Shown: positions 30,832 through 41,523 of the stretch, in pieces | Position numbering within the stretch: the stretch's first letter is position 1 | Layout of the letters: every line of letters starts with the position of its first letter | DNA from: Burkholderiales bacterium | Lineage (GTDB): Bacteria > Pseudomonadota > Gammaproteobacteria > Burkholderiales > Burkholderiaceae_C | Length of the DNA stretch: 64,000 bases | Direction: 5' to 3' | Assembly (NCBI GenBank): GCA_038241255.1 | Contig: JBBRFW010000006.1 | Coordinates: forward strand, 91 to 64,090 | Position numbers and translations under genes: made by a program | Notes under the pieces: model-generated | Told to the model about the DNA's origin: nothing | Databases searched by the model: none | The model's input: the letters and a program-made list of their open reading frames with translations, nothing else

Positions 30832-32948
30832 TGGCGACGGCCACGCCGCGGCCGCTGCTGGTCGAGCTGTTTGTCGAGGAGCTGCCGCCGAAGGCGCTGC
30901 CGAAGCTCGCCGCCGCGTTCGCCGAAGCCCTCGCCGCGGGCTTGCGCAGCGAGGGGCTGGTCGACGAGGGTGGGGCGGTCACGCCGTTCGCGACGCCGCG
31001 GCGCCTGGCAGTTCGCATCGACGGCGTCGCCGCGCGCGCGGCCGATCGCGCCGTCTCGCACAAGCTGATGCCTGTCAGCGTCGGCCTCACCGCGGCCGCG
31101 GCGCCGACGGCCGCGCTGCTCAAGAAGCTGGCCGCGCTGCGGGCCGATGCGTCCGCCGTGCCGCGCCTGCAGCGGCGCATGGACGGCAAGAGCGAGACGC
31201 TCTTTCTCGACGCCGTCGCCGCCGGCGCGCCGCTCGCCGAGGGCTTGCAGCGCGCCCTCGATCGCGCGCTCGCCCAGCTGCCAATCCCGAAGCTGATGCA
31301 GTACCAGCTCGCCGACGGCTGGACGAGCGTGAGCTTCGTGCGCCCGGCGCGCGGGCTGGTCGCGCTTCATGGCGACGAGGTAGTCGCAGTTCGCGCGCTC
31401 GGCCTCGACGCCGGCCGCACGACGCATGGCCATCGCTTCGAGGGGCGGCGCGCGCCGATCGTCCTAAGCGACGCGGCAAGCTACGAGGCGCAGCTGCGCG
31501 ATGAAGGCGCGGTCATCGCGAGCTTCGCGGCGCGCCGTGCCGAGATCCTGCGCCAGCTGCAGGCCGCCGCCGCCGCGGCGCAGCTTGCACAGGTGGACGA
31601 CGAGGCGCTGCTCGATGAAGTCGCCGCGCTGGTTGAGCTTCCGAACGTTCTGACGTGCCGTTTCGACGCCGAGTTCCTCGCGGTGCCGCCGGAATGCCTC
31701 GTCCTGACGATGAAGGCGAACCAGAAATACTTCCCGCTGCTCGACGGCGGCGGCGGCCTCACGAACCGATTTCTCGTCGTCAGCAACATCGCGCCGGCCG
31801 ACCCGGCGAGGATCATCGAGGGCAACGAGCGCGTCGTCCGCCCGCGCTTGGCCGACGCCAAGTTCTTTTACGACCAGGATCGCAAGCGCACGCTCGAGTC
31901 GCGCGTGCCCGGGCTCGACAAGGTGGTCTATCACGGCAAGCTCGGCAGCCAGGGCGATCGCGTGCGCCGCGTGCGCGCGGTCGCCAGGTGGGTCGCCGAG
32001 CGGATCGGCGCCGACGCCGCGCTCGCCGAGCGCGCCGCGCTGCTCGCCAAGGCCGATCTGCTCACCGACATGGTCGGCGAGTTTCCCGAGTTGCAGGGAA
32101 TCATGGGCGGCTACTACGCGGCCCACGACGGCGAGGAACCCGAAGTCGCGGCCGCGATTCGCGGCCAGTACGTCAACCGGCGCGGCGATAACGACGCGGC
32201 GGCGACGAATCCCGTCGGCGTAGCGCTCCTGATCGCAGATCGCGCCGAGGCCCTCGTCGGCATCTGGGGCATCGGCCTGAGGCCCACGGGCGACAAGGAC
32301 CCATACGCGCTGCGCCGCCATGCATTGACGCTGATCGATTCGTTCCAGCGCGTCCCTGGCGGGGCGGCCTCGCAGCGGCTCGCCTTGCGCGAGCTGCTGG
32401 AGCGAGTCGCTGCCACTTTTGCCATTCCGCTCGCGCGCAGTGTGGTCGACGAGGTCGAGTCGTTTGTCTACGAGCGCTATTTCCAACAGCTCGCTGCGCA
32501 GCACGACAGCCGCGCCGTCGACGCCGTGATCAGCACCCGGCCGGCCTTGCACGACGTCACCGGGCGGCTTCTTGCGGTGCGCGAGTTCCTCGCCCTCCCC
32601 GAGGCGCCGGCGCTCGCCGCCGCCAACACGCGGGTCGGCAATATTCTGAAGAAAAACGACGCGGCGGCGGCGACGATCGATCCGGCGCTCTTCGGCGAGC
32701 CGGCCGAGCAGGCGCTCGCCGCTGCGCTCGCCGACGTCGGCGCGCGAGCTGACCTGGCCTATGGCGAGGGCGAGTACGCTCGCTCCCTGAAACTGCTTGC
32801 CGGCCTCAAGCCGTCGGTCGATGCATTCTTCGACGAGGTCATGGTCAACGTCGACTCGCCCGCCTTGCGCGCCAACCGGCTCGCCCTGCTCGCGGCGCTG
32901 CGCGCGACCATGAACCGGGTCGCCGACCTGTCGCGCCTGGCGGTCTGA
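30831..32948 (+). CDS. glyS: glycine-tRNA ligase beta subunit
   Basis: EELPPK, TPRRLA, FVRP, GNERVVRPRLADA, EFPELQG, DPYALRR, FFD.VMV..NRL. Confidence 0.97.
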   Translation: MATATPRPLLVELFVEELPPKALPKLAAAFAEALAAGLRSEGLVDEGGAVTPFATPRRLAVRIDGVAARAADRAVSHKLMPVSVGLTAAAAPTAALLKKLAALRADASAVPRLQRRMDGKSETLFLDAVAAGAPLAEGLQRALDRALAQLPIPKLMQYQLADGWTSVSFVRPARGLVALHGDEVVAVRALGLDAGRTTHGHRFEGRRAPIVLSDAASYEAQLRDEGAVIASFAARRAEILRQLQAAAAAAQLAQVDDEALLDEVAALVELPNVLTCRFDAEFLAVPPECLVLTMKANQKYFPLLDGGGGLTNRFLVVSNIAPADPARIIEGNERVVRPRLADAKFFYDQDRKRTLESRVPGLDKVVYHGKLGSQGDRVRRVRAVARWVAERIGADAALAERAALLAKADLLTDMVGEFPELQGIMGGYYAAHDGEEPEVAAAIRGQYVNRRGDNDAAATNPVGVALLIADRAEALVGIWGIGLRPTGDKDPYALRRHALTLIDSFQRVPGGAASQRLALRELLERVAATFAIPLARSVVDEVESFVYERYFQQLAAQHDSRAVDAVISTRPALHDVTGRLLAVREFLALPEAPALAAANTRVGNILKKNDAAAATIDPALFGEPAEQALAAALADVGARADLAYGEGEYARSLKLLAGLKPSVDAFFDEVMVNVDSPALRANRLALLAALRATMNRVADLSRLAV

Positions 32949-32962
32949 CGGAATTGGACGAC

Positions 32963-33032
32963 TCTCTCACGCTCGCTTCGCTCACTCCCCGAGGGGGCGC
33001 GGCAGTGCTTTCGGGTGGCCCGGCGGCACTGA
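32963..33032. repeat. REP/MITE-like palindromic intergenic element
   Basis: CACGCTCGCTTCGCTCACTCCCCGAGGGGGCG...GGGTGGCCCGGCGG, with CCCC-GA-GGGG hairpin and CAGTGC...GCACTG arms; resembles Burkholderiales intergenic repeats (from recall); single copy here. Confidence 0.55.
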
Positions 33033-33033
33033 C

Positions 33034-33642
33034 GTGAAGCTCGTCATCCTCGACCGCGACGGCACGATCAACGAGGATCGCGACGACTTCGTCAAGTCCA
33101 CCGCCGAGTGGGTGCCGATCCCGGGCTCGCTCGAGGCGATCGCCCGCCTCAACCACGCCGGCTGGCACACTGTGATCGCGACCAACCAGTCGGGCCTGGC
33201 GCGCGGCCTGTTCGACATGGCGGCGCTGAACGCGATCCACGCGCGAATGAACCGCGAGCTCGCCGAGCTCGGTGGCCGCATCGACGCGGTCTTCTTCTGC
33301 CCGCACGGTCCCGGCGACGGGTGCACCTGCAGGAAGCCCCTGCCGGGGTTGTTCACCACCATCGGCGAGCGCTACGGCGTCACCTTGAAGGACACCCACG
33401 CTGTCGGCGATTCGCTGCGCGACCTGCACGCCGGAATCAACGCCGGCTGCGCGCCGCACCTCGTTCGCACCGGCAAGGGTGCCCGCCTGGACGACGCGGC
33501 GCTGCGCGCGCTGGTCGAGGCGGTGCCGCACGCCGTGATCCACGACGACCTCGCCGCGTTCGCGCAGCAGCTGATCCAGCGCGAGCGACACCAGCGCGGC
33601 GAGGTCGAGGAAGCCGATTCAGTGTTCTCAAAGCTGGACTGA
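33034..33642 (+). CDS. gmhB: D-glycero-D-manno-heptose 1,7-bisphosphate phosphatase
   Basis: LDRDGTIN, TNQSG, CPH, CTCRKP, VGDSLRD. Confidence 0.95.
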   Translation: MKLVILDRDGTINEDRDDFVKSTAEWVPIPGSLEAIARLNHAGWHTVIATNQSGLARGLFDMAALNAIHARMNRELAELGGRIDAVFFCPHGPGDGCTCRKPLPGLFTTIGERYGVTLKDTHAVGDSLRDLHAGINAGCAPHLVRTGKGARLDDAALRALVEAVPHAVIHDDLAAFAQQLIQRERHQRGEVEEADSVFSKLD

Positions 33643-34379
33643 TGGCGCGCGTCCTGGCTGCCCTCCGCTCGGCGCTTTTCGTCATCTTCCTAGCGGTGAC
33701 GGTCGCGCCGTGGGCGATCGTCGGCCTCATCTATTCGATCTTCGTTCGCGGCGAGCGACTGTACTGGTACTTCGCCGGCTGGCTCGGCGTCTCGATCTGG
33801 GCGGCGCGCGTGATCTGCGGCGTGCGTGGCCGCGTGCACGGGCGCGAGAACCTACCCGACACCGCCGTCATCCTTCTGCCCAAGCACCAGTCGACCTGGG
33901 AGACCTTCGCCTTTCCGACGCTGATGCCGCGACCGCTCTGCTACGTCTTCAAGCGCGAGCTGCTCTACATCCCATTCTTCGGCTGGGCGATGGCGCGGAT
34001 GGACCTGATCCACATCGACCGCAGCAAGCGCGCCGAGGCCTGGGCCAAGGTCGCCGAGCAGGGTCGGCGCTACATGGCGCAGGGCAACTGGGTGATCATG
34101 TTTCCGGAAGGGACGCGAACGCAGCGTGGCAGCCAGGGCACCTACAAGGTCGGTGGCACGCGGCTGGCGGTCGAGACCGGCCGGCCGGTGGTGCCGATCG
34201 CCGTGACCTCTGCGCGTTGCTGGCCGAGGAAGAGCTTTCTATTGCGGCCGGGCGTCATCGACGTCTCGATCGGCACGCCGATCGAGACCACCGGCCGCAG
34301 CGCCGAGTCGCTCATGCGCGAGGTCGAGGCCTGGATCGAGGCCGAGATGCGGCGCCTCGATCCGGAGGCGTATCGATGA
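33642..34379 (+). CDS. plsC: 1-acyl-sn-glycerol-3-phosphate acyltransferase
   Basis: KHQSTWET, FKREL, IDR, FPEGTR. Confidence 0.93.
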   Translation: MARVLAALRSALFVIFLAVTVAPWAIVGLIYSIFVRGERLYWYFAGWLGVSIWAARVICGVRGRVHGRENLPDTAVILLPKHQSTWETFAFPTLMPRPLCYVFKRELLYIPFFGWAMARMDLIHIDRSKRAEAWAKVAEQGRRYMAQGNWVIMFPEGTRTQRGSQGTYKVGGTRLAVETGRPVVPIAVTSARCWPRKSFLLRPGVIDVSIGTPIETTGRSAESLMREVEAWIEAEMRRLDPEAYR

Positions 34380-35254
34380 CCTCCGGCCTCGGACAGGGCC
34401 TGCGCCGCTTCGTCGATTCGCTTCAGCGCGGTCTCTTCGACGATGCTCCCGAGTCGGCCGCGGCGGCGCCGGCGCTGGATCCGTTCCCGCGTCACCCCGA
34501 CGCCGTTCGCGAGATCGGGCTCGATGGCAAGCGGGTCGCCTTTCGCCTCGCGCGCGTGCGCCGGCGCAGCATCGGCTTCGTCGTCGACGCACAGGGCCTG
34601 ACGGTGCGCGCGCCGAAGTGGGTGCCGCTGCGCGACATCGACGCCGCGGTGCGCGAGAAGCAGGCCTGGATCTTGGCCCGGCTCGCCGAGCAACGGGAGC
34701 GCGCGACGCGGCTCGCGGCGACGCGGATCGTCTGGCGCGACGGCGCCAGCGTCGACTACCTCGGCCGCTCGCTGAGGATCGTCCTCGACATCGGTGGCGA
34801 GCTCGCGCTCGGCGATAGCGCGCTCGACTCACAGCCGGCGGCCACGGCGAGCGCAGAGGCCGCGGTGCTGCGTCTGCGCGTCGCCCTGCCGGGCGATGCC
34901 GGCGAGGAGCGGATCCGCGACGCGGTGCAGTGCTGGCTGCAGCGCGAGGCGCGGCGCGTCTTCGCCGAGCGCGCGGCGCACTTCGCGTCGCTGCTCGGCG
35001 TTCGCGTCAAGCGACTCTCGCTGTCGTCGGCGGCGACCCGCTGGGGCAGCGCCAATGCCAACGGCTCGGTGCGGCTGCACTGGCGCCTGATCCAGCATCC
35101 GGCGGCGACGATCGACTACGTCGTCGCCCACGAGCTGGCGCACTTGCGCGAGATGAACCACAGCGCGCGCTTCTGGAAGGTGGTGGAGTCGGTAGTGCCC
35201 GACTACGAGGAAGCGCGAGCGTGCCTGCGTGAAGGCCGGCATTCGGACCTCTGA
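34376..35254 (+). CDS. M48/DUF45 (YgjP-like) metal-dependent hydrolase
   Basis: RRSIG, RWGSA, YVVAHELAHLREMNHS..FW. Confidence 0.9.
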   Translation: MTSGLGQGLRRFVDSLQRGLFDDAPESAAAAPALDPFPRHPDAVREIGLDGKRVAFRLARVRRRSIGFVVDAQGLTVRAPKWVPLRDIDAAVREKQAWILARLAEQRERATRLAATRIVWRDGASVDYLGRSLRIVLDIGGELALGDSALDSQPAATASAEAAVLRLRVALPGDAGEERIRDAVQCWLQREARRVFAERAAHFASLLGVRVKRLSLSSAATRWGSANANGSVRLHWRLIQHPAATIDYVVAHELAHLREMNHSARFWKVVESVVPDYEEARACLREGRHSDL

Positions 35255-35309
35255 GCTGCCGCAGTGAAGCCGCCTCACCCGAGTTGCTTGAGGCGCGACA
35301 CTCCACGTC

Positions 35310-35790
35310 GTGGCGGGAAGCAGCATTGCGATGATCAGCGTCGCCGGTGGCGTTGCGGCCTACGTGTGGGCGCATCGGCGGCGCCGCCACCGACCCCAAG
35401 ACCGGCGCTGTCCTAGGGCGCCCAGAGCATTGCTCGAGCGGATCGAGTCGGCGGCTGCCGCAACACCGGAGGTCGGCGGTTGGCGTACGTCCCTCCTCCT
35501 CTGCGTCGTGCTGCTCCCGTTTTCCAACAGGGTCGGGTTTATGGTCATGACGAGCTGGATCGGCGGTGACCCGGTATCGGTTTGGATCGTGATGGCCGCT
35601 ATTTCGTCTAAAGCCATGGTCACCTGACGAAGGTGTCGGGACCAGGTCTTCACCATCTGCTGGTGGCATACCCGCGGCATCGAGCTGCTCTGGGCGTGGC
35701 TCTTCGGTGGCACGCTCGTCCTGGCGGCCGTCGAAACAAGTGGCGCGGCCGGCGCTGATTGGAATTCGCCGCGCAAGCAGCGCGCGGATT
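35310..35790 (+). pseudogene. possible degraded membrane-protein gene
   Basis: Hydrophobic segments on both sides of an in-frame TGA at 35625-35627 (...SVWIVMAAIS / ...ELLWAWLFGGTLVLAAV); codon usage less GC3-biased than neighbours. Confidence 0.25.
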
Positions 35791-36877
35791 AGACCGCAGC
35801 GAAGCGGATCACGCCGTCTCCGGCGACCGTGCGCTCGAGTTTGCCTTCGAACCAGAGCGCGTGCAGGTGGGCGAGCGACTCGCCCATCGCAAACGTCATC
35901 TGGTGGAGGTCGAGCTTGCGCTTGAACAGCACGGGGACGAGGTCGAATGCGCTCTGCGGCGCTTCGGCGCATGCGGCGACCGTCTCCGCGAAGCGCTCGG
36001 CGTGGTGCGCCTGCAGCTGGTCGATGCGCGTGTGCAGGCCCTTGAATGGCAGGCCGTGCGAGGGCAGAACGAGCACGCCAGCGTCGATCTCACGCATGCG
36101 CTCGATCGAGCCGAGATAGAGGGTCAGCGGGTCCGCCTCGGGCTCCACATCGACGACGCTGACGTTGGTCGAGATGCGCGGCAGCACCATGTCGCCGCTG
36201 ATCAGCACGCGCTGGCGCTCGCCGTGCAACGCCATGTGCTCGGGCGAATGGCCGTAGCCGACGTGGCACGTCCAGTCGGCGCGCGCGGTGGCGCTCCCGA
36301 TCGCTATCGTGCCGCGATCGAGCAGGCGCCGGTAGGACTCGGGCACGGCGGGAACGAGGTCGCGGTAGTAGTTAATCCGCAACGCGACCTGGTCGACCGC
36401 CCCTGGGTCGCGCGCCATGCCGTGCACCGCCATGAACGCGGCCGAGAGCGGCCCGCCGAAGCCGGCGCTCGCGGTGCTCGCCATGCGGGCGATGCCGAAG
36501 TCGGTGGCGCTGATCCAGAGGCGCGCGGCCCAGCGTTCGCACAGCCAGTGCGCCGAGCCGATGTGGTCCGGGTGCATGTGGGTGACGATTACGCGCAGCA
36601 CGGGGAGGCCGTCGAGGCCGGTCGCGAACAGCTCCGTCCAGGCGGCGCGCGTCGCCGCGTCGTCGATGCCGCAGTCGACGATGCTCCAGCCCTCGCGCCC
36701 GGGCTTGCCGCCTTCGGCCGGGACCGAGTCGCGCAGCATCCAGACGTTGACGTGGTTGAGCGCGAACGGAAGCGCCATGCGCGCCCAGCGAACGCCCGGC
36801 GCGACCTCGAAGGCGCGGCCGGGCTCCGGGATCGCGGTGCCGAGGAAGTAATCGAGCTGACTTTCCAGAGCGTTCAT
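35789..36877 (-). CDS. MBL-fold metallo-hydrolase divergent from liuR
   Basis: LPFALNHVN, THMHPDHIG, GHSPEH, SGDMVLPRISTN, PSHG. Confidence 0.92.
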   Translation of the reverse strand: MNALESQLDYFLGTAIPEPGRAFEVAPGVRWARMALPFALNHVNVWMLRDSVPAEGGKPGREGWSIVDCGIDDAATRAAWTELFATGLDGLPVLRVIVTHMHPDHIGSAHWLCERWAARLWISATDFGIARMASTASAGFGGPLSAAFMAVHGMARDPGAVDQVALRINYYRDLVPAVPESYRRLLDRGTIAIGSATARADWTCHVGYGHSPEHMALHGERQRVLISGDMVLPRISTNVSVVDVEPEADPLTLYLGSIERMREIDAGVLVLPSHGLPFKGLHTRIDQLQAHHAERFAETVAACAEAPQSAFDLVPVLFKRKLDLHQMTFAMGESLAHLHALWFEGKLERTVAGDGVIRFAAV

Positions 36878-36907
36878 CGGTCTCTCTTGGCCTTACACTT
36901 TCCGCAC

Positions 36908-36923
36908 CTTACGTAAACGTCAA
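36908..36923. promoter_or_regulatory. LiuR-type operator in the divergent promoter
   Basis: CTTACGTAAACGTCAA directly upstream of the MerR-family gene. Confidence 0.8.
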
Positions 36924-36934
36924 CCGAAGTTTAG

Positions 36935-37384
36935 TTGCTGATCATGATCCGCGCCGCCGCACCGCGATTGCCCCGTGGCCGCATCGCGCGGCCGCCCGAA
37001 GCCGCTGCGACCTTCACCATCGGCGAGCTGGCGCGTGAGTTCGGCCTAACGACGCGCGCGATCCGCTTCTACGAAGATTGCGGCCTGCTTGCGCCCGAGC
37101 GCAGCGGCAGGAACCGCGTCTACAGCGGGCGCGACCGCGCCCGCCTGACGCTGACGCTGCGCGGCAAGCGCCTCGGTCTGAAGCTCGCCGAGGTGAAGGA
37201 CCTCGTCGACATGTACGAGACCCGCCGCGACACCGAGGCGCAGCTGCGCCGCTTCCTCGCCGTGCTGGTGCGCCACCGGGCCCAGCTCGAGACGCGCCTC
37301 GGCGAGCTGCGCACGACGCTCGACGAGGTGCTCGCGCAGGAAGCGGCGGCCAGGCAGTTGCTGCGCAGGAGGGCAAAGGAATGA
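36935..37384 (+). CDS. liuR: MerR-family regulator LiuR
   Basis: [39 protein letters not shown]; heads the acyl-CoA/leucine operon; start may be ATG about 36944. Confidence 0.88.
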   Translation: MLIMIRAAAPRLPRGRIARPPEAAATFTIGELAREFGLTTRAIRFYEDCGLLAPERSGRNRVYSGRDRARLTLTLRGKRLGLKLAEVKDLVDMYETRRDTEAQLRRFLAVLVRHRAQLETRLGELRTTLDEVLAQEAAARQLLRRRAKE

Positions 37385-39180
37385 GCTCGGGCGCCCCGGC
37401 CTTCCCGGCCGCGCTCACCGACGCGCGCGCGTTTGCGATCGCGCGCGCGATGCTCGACGGATTCGACCGTCACTACCGACTCTTCCGCCAGGCGAGCGCG
37501 GAGGCGAAGGCTCGCTTCGAGGCCGCCGACTGGCACGGCCAGCAGCAGGCACTGGCGCAGCGCATCGCCTACTACGAGCGGCGCGTGGCTGAGGCGACCG
37601 AACGCCTGCAGACGGAGTTCCAGGCCGCGACGCTGCCGATGGAGGTCTGGCAGCAGGTCAAGCTGCATTACATCGGCCTGCTCATCAACCACTACCAGCC
37701 CGAGCTCGCCGAGACCTTCTTCAATTCGGTAACGACCAAGATCCTGCACCGCAGCTATTTCCACAATGACTTCATCTTCGTGCGCTCGGCCGTGTCCACC
37801 GACCACCTCGAGAACGACGAGCCCGCGGCGCTGCCGACCTACCGCGCCTACTACCCGACCAAGGAGACGCTGGTCGAGACCTGGCACCGCGTCGTCACCA
37901 ACTTCCAGCTCGAGCGCGAATTCGAGGACCTCGACCGCGACGTCGCCGACCTCATGAGCGCCGTCGACTCGCGGCTCGGCGAGTTCCGGCTGCGCGCGAA
38001 CTTCCAGGTCCAGGTGCTGTCGTCGCTGTTCTTCCGCAACAAGGGCGCCTACGTCGTCGGCAAGATCATCAACGGCTTCAACGAGACGCCGTTCGCGTTG
38101 CCGATCCTGCACGGCACCGGCGGCGGCCTCGTCATCGACGCGGCGCTGTTCGGCGAAGACGACCTCGAGCTCGTCTTCAGCTTCGCGCGCGCCTACTTCA
38201 TGGTGACGATGGAAGTGCCCTCGGCGTACGTGCAGTTCCTGCTCTCACTGATGCCGAGAAAGCCGCGCTCGGAGCTCTACAGTGCGCTCGGCCTGCAGAA
38301 GCAGGGCAAGAGCCTGTTCTATCGCGACCTCCTGATGCACATGCGTCACTCGTCGGACACCTTCCGCATCGCTCCCGGCATCAAGGGCATGGTGATGCTG
38401 GTGTTCGACCTGCCAAGCTTTCCCTACGTGTTCAAGGTGATCAAGGACTTCTACCCGGCGCAGAAGGACACCACGCGCGAGCTCATCAAGAGCAAGTACT
38501 TGCTCGTCAAGCAGCACGACCGCGTCGGCCGCATGGCCGACACGCTTGAGTACAGCGACGTCGCCTTCCCGCGTGCGCGCTTCGACGACGAGCTTGTCGC
38601 CGAGCTGCGCCACTTCTGCGCCAGCCTGGTCGAGGAGGAGGGCGAGATGCTCGTCATCCGCCACGTCTATATCGAGCGCCGGATGATTCCGCTCAACATC
38701 TATCTCCAGGACGCGAGCGCGGAGCAGATCGCGGCCGTCGTCGTCGAGTACGGCAACGCGATCAAGGACCTGGTGCGCGCGAACATCTTTCCCGGCGACA
38801 TGCTGTGGAAGAACTTCGGCGTCACCCGCCACGGCAAGGTCGTGTTCTACGACTACGACGAGATCGAATACCTCACCGACTGCAACTTCAGGAAGGTTCC
38901 CGAGGCCCGCAACGAGGAGGACGAGATGTCCGGCGAGGTCTGGTACCGGGTCGGCCCGAAAGACGTCTTCCCCGAGACCTTCGCGCCCTTCCTGCTCGGC
39001 AATCCGGCAGTGCGCGAGGTCTTCATGGCGCACCATGCCGATCTGCTGGATCCGGCATTCTGGCAGGGCCACAAGGAAGAAATCCGGGCTGGCTACGTGC
39101 ATGATGTCTTCCCGTACGAGGCGCAGAAGCGCTTCGAGACGCGGCGTGCTGCGTCCGCCGCGACGTCGACCGCCGCTTGA
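37381..39180 (+). CDS. aceK: isocitrate dehydrogenase kinase/phosphatase
   Basis: [48 protein letters not shown]. Confidence 0.97.
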   Translation: MSSGAPAFPAALTDARAFAIARAMLDGFDRHYRLFRQASAEAKARFEAADWHGQQQALAQRIAYYERRVAEATERLQTEFQAATLPMEVWQQVKLHYIGLLINHYQPELAETFFNSVTTKILHRSYFHNDFIFVRSAVSTDHLENDEPAALPTYRAYYPTKETLVETWHRVVTNFQLEREFEDLDRDVADLMSAVDSRLGEFRLRANFQVQVLSSLFFRNKGAYVVGKIINGFNETPFALPILHGTGGGLVIDAALFGEDDLELVFSFARAYFMVTMEVPSAYVQFLLSLMPRKPRSELYSALGLQKQGKSLFYRDLLMHMRHSSDTFRIAPGIKGMVMLVFDLPSFPYVFKVIKDFYPAQKDTTRELIKSKYLLVKQHDRVGRMADTLEYSDVAFPRARFDDELVAELRHFCASLVEEEGEMLVIRHVYIERRMIPLNIYLQDASAEQIAAVVVEYGNAIKDLVRANIFPGDMLWKNFGVTRHGKVVFYDYDEIEYLTDCNFRKVPEARNEEDEMSGEVWYRVGPKDVFPETFAPFLLGNPAVREVFMAHHADLLDPAFWQGHKEEIRAGYVHDVFPYEAQKRFETRRAASAATSTAA

Positions 39181-39199
39181 CCCGTCCCAGGAGCCCACC

Positions 39200-40378
39200 A
39201 TGGCCGATCCCATCGTCATCGTCTCCGCTGCGCGCACGCCGATCGGCGGCTTGCTCGGCGATTTCAGCGCCCTCGCCGCGCACCAGCTCGGCAGCGTCGC
39301 GGTCAAGGCCGCGGTCGAGCGCGCCGGCATCACCGGCGACGCGGTCGACGAGGTGCTGCTCGGCAACTGCCTCATGGCCGGCCAGGGCCAGGCGCCCGCT
39401 CGCCAAGCCGCGCTCGGCGCCGGCCTGCCGCAATCGGCGGGCGCGGTGACACTCTCGAAAATGTGCGGCTCGGGAATGCGGGCGATGATGTTCGCGCACG
39501 ACATGCTGATGGCAGAGAGCGCGGAGATCGTCGTCGCGGGGGGCATGGAAAGCATGACCAACGCGCCTCACCTGATGTTCGCCAGGAAGGGCATTCGCTA
39601 CGGTGCCGCCCAGATGTACGACCACATGGCGATCGACGGCCTCGAAGATGCGTACGACCGCGGCCGCGCGATGGGCACCTTCGCCGAGGAGTGCGTCACC
39701 AAGTACGGCTTCACGCGCGAGGCGATGGACCGGTTCGCGATCGACTCGACCCAGCGCTCGAAGCAGGCCAACGAGGACGGAAGCTTCGACTGGGAGATGG
39801 CGCCGGTCGCGGTGCTCGGCAAGGCGGGCGAGACGGTGATCAAGTTCGACGAGCAGCCGTTCAAGGCTAGGCTCGACAAGATCCCGGGCCTGAAGCCGGC
39901 GTTCAAGAAGGACGGCACGATCACCGCTGCGACCTCGTCGAGCATCTCCGACGGCGCCGCCGCGCTGGTGCTGATGCGCGAGTCGACGGCGGCGCGGCTT
40001 GGCACGAAGCCGATCGCCCGCATCGCCGGCCACAGCGTCCACGCGCAGGCGCCCAACTGGTTCACGACCGCGCCGATCGGTGCGATCCAGAAGCTCCTGA
40101 AGCGCACCGGCTGGAATGCCAAGGACGTCGACCTCTGGGAAGTCAACGAGGCCTTCGCCGCCGTGACGATGGCGGCGATGTCCGAATTCAAGCTCGCGCA
40201 CGAGATCGTCAACGTTCACGGCGGTGCGGTCGCGCTCGGCCACCCGATCGGCGCGAGCGGCGCCCGCATCGTCGTCACCCTGCTCGGCGCGCTCCGCAAG
40301 CAGGGCAAGAAGCGCGGCGTCGCGGCGCTTTGCATCGGCGGCGGCGAAGCGACGGCGCTGGCCGTCGAGATGCTCTAG
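39200..40378 (+). CDS. acetyl-CoA C-acyltransferase (thiolase)
   Basis: [37 protein letters not shown]. Confidence 0.96.
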   Translation: MADPIVIVSAARTPIGGLLGDFSALAAHQLGSVAVKAAVERAGITGDAVDEVLLGNCLMAGQGQAPARQAALGAGLPQSAGAVTLSKMCGSGMRAMMFAHDMLMAESAEIVVAGGMESMTNAPHLMFARKGIRYGAAQMYDHMAIDGLEDAYDRGRAMGTFAEECVTKYGFTREAMDRFAIDSTQRSKQANEDGSFDWEMAPVAVLGKAGETVIKFDEQPFKARLDKIPGLKPAFKKDGTITAATSSSISDGAAALVLMRESTAARLGTKPIARIAGHSVHAQAPNWFTTAPIGAIQKLLKRTGWNAKDVDLWEVNEAFAAVTMAAMSEFKLAHEIVNVHGGAVALGHPIGASGARIVVTLLGALRKQGKKRGVAALCIGGGEATALAVEML

Positions 40379-40393
40379 CGGCGCGGCACGCCC

Positions 40394-41038
40394 GTGCTCG
40401 GCACGCATTCGCTCGGCGTCTTCGCGGCGACGGTTTTCGTCGTCAACGCGACGCCCGGCGTCGACATGATGCTGACGCTGACGCGCACGCTTCGCCACGG
40501 CGTCGCCGGCGGCATGGCGGCGGCGCTCGGCGTCATCGCGGGCTGCGTTGTCCACGCGCTGGTCGCCGCGTCCGGGCTGGCGGCGCTGCTGGCCGCGTCC
40601 GCGACGGCGTTCGCGCTCCTCAAGTGGATGGGCGCGGCCTACCTTCTTTGCCTCGCGCTCGGGATGCTGCGATCGGCCGCCCCGGGCGGCGCCGGGCACG
40701 CTGCGCTCGCGGTCGAGTGCGACGCGAGCCCGGGTGGGCGGCGCCTCTTCCGCCAAGGCGTGCTGACCAACGTCCTCAACCCGAAGATCGCGCTCTTCTT
40801 CCTTGCGCTGCTGCCGCAGTTCATCGACGTCGACGCCCCCGACAAGCTTGTCGCGTTCCTCTTCCTCGCCGCCTGGTTCGTCGTCCAGGGTGGGTTCTTC
40901 CTCACCGCCTTCGTTGTCCTCGTCGCGCCGTTGCGGCGCTGGCGCGCGAGCGCGGCGTGGCGACGCGGCTTGAACGCGACCGGCGCGGCGATCTTCGTAT
41001 GGCTGGCGGCGCGCCTGGCGTTCGTCGAGCGGACGTGA
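40394..41038 (+). CDS. LysE/RhtB family translocator
   Basis: TPGVD, LKWMGAAYL, GVLTNVLNPK..LFFLA.LPQF. Confidence 0.92.
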   Translation: MLGTHSLGVFAATVFVVNATPGVDMMLTLTRTLRHGVAGGMAAALGVIAGCVVHALVAASGLAALLAASATAFALLKWMGAAYLLCLALGMLRSAAPGGAGHAALAVECDASPGGRRLFRQGVLTNVLNPKIALFFLALLPQFIDVDAPDKLVAFLFLAAWFVVQGGFFLTAFVVLVAPLRRWRASAAWRRGLNATGAAIFVWLAARLAFVERT

Positions 41039-41523
41039 GTGCGCTGCCCGTGCCGCAGGCGCCGCTCGCCGAGATCGGCGAGACCTTCACCCAATGCGCG
41101 CGCTTCGGCGCCGACGAGATCCGCGCCTTCGCGACCTCCGTGCACGACCACAACCCGCTGCACCATGACGTCGCCGCCGCGCGCGCCGCCGGCTACCGCG
41201 GCCTGATCGCCTCGGGCACGCAGCTCGGCAGCGTCTTCATGGCGATGACGGCGACGCACTTCGCCCGGCCGACGGCCGACGGCCGGACGCGCCTGGGCCT
41301 CGGGATGGGCTTCGAGATTCGCTTTCGCGCGCCGGTCTACGCCGACGCCGACATCGACCTGCGCTGGACGGTGACCGGCATCGACCGGAAGGCGAGTCTC
41401 GACGGCTGGATCACCCGCCTCGAGGGCGACGCCCGCGCGACCTCCGGCGTCGTTCTGAGCGGCACCGGTACGCTGCTCCTGCGCACGCCGCTGCGCAAGC
41501 CGGTACGCGGGGCGCCGCGATGA
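41035..41523 (+). CDS. MaoC-like (hotdog) dehydratase
   Basis: FA....D.NPLHHD...A, LIASG, F.APV; GTG overlaps the LysE stop. Confidence 0.85.
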   Translation: MSALPVPQAPLAEIGETFTQCARFGADEIRAFATSVHDHNPLHHDVAAARAAGYRGLIASGTQLGSVFMAMTATHFARPTADGRTRLGLGMGFEIRFRAPVYADADIDLRWTVTGIDRKASLDGWITRLEGDARATSGVVLSGTGTLLLRTPLRKPVRGAPR

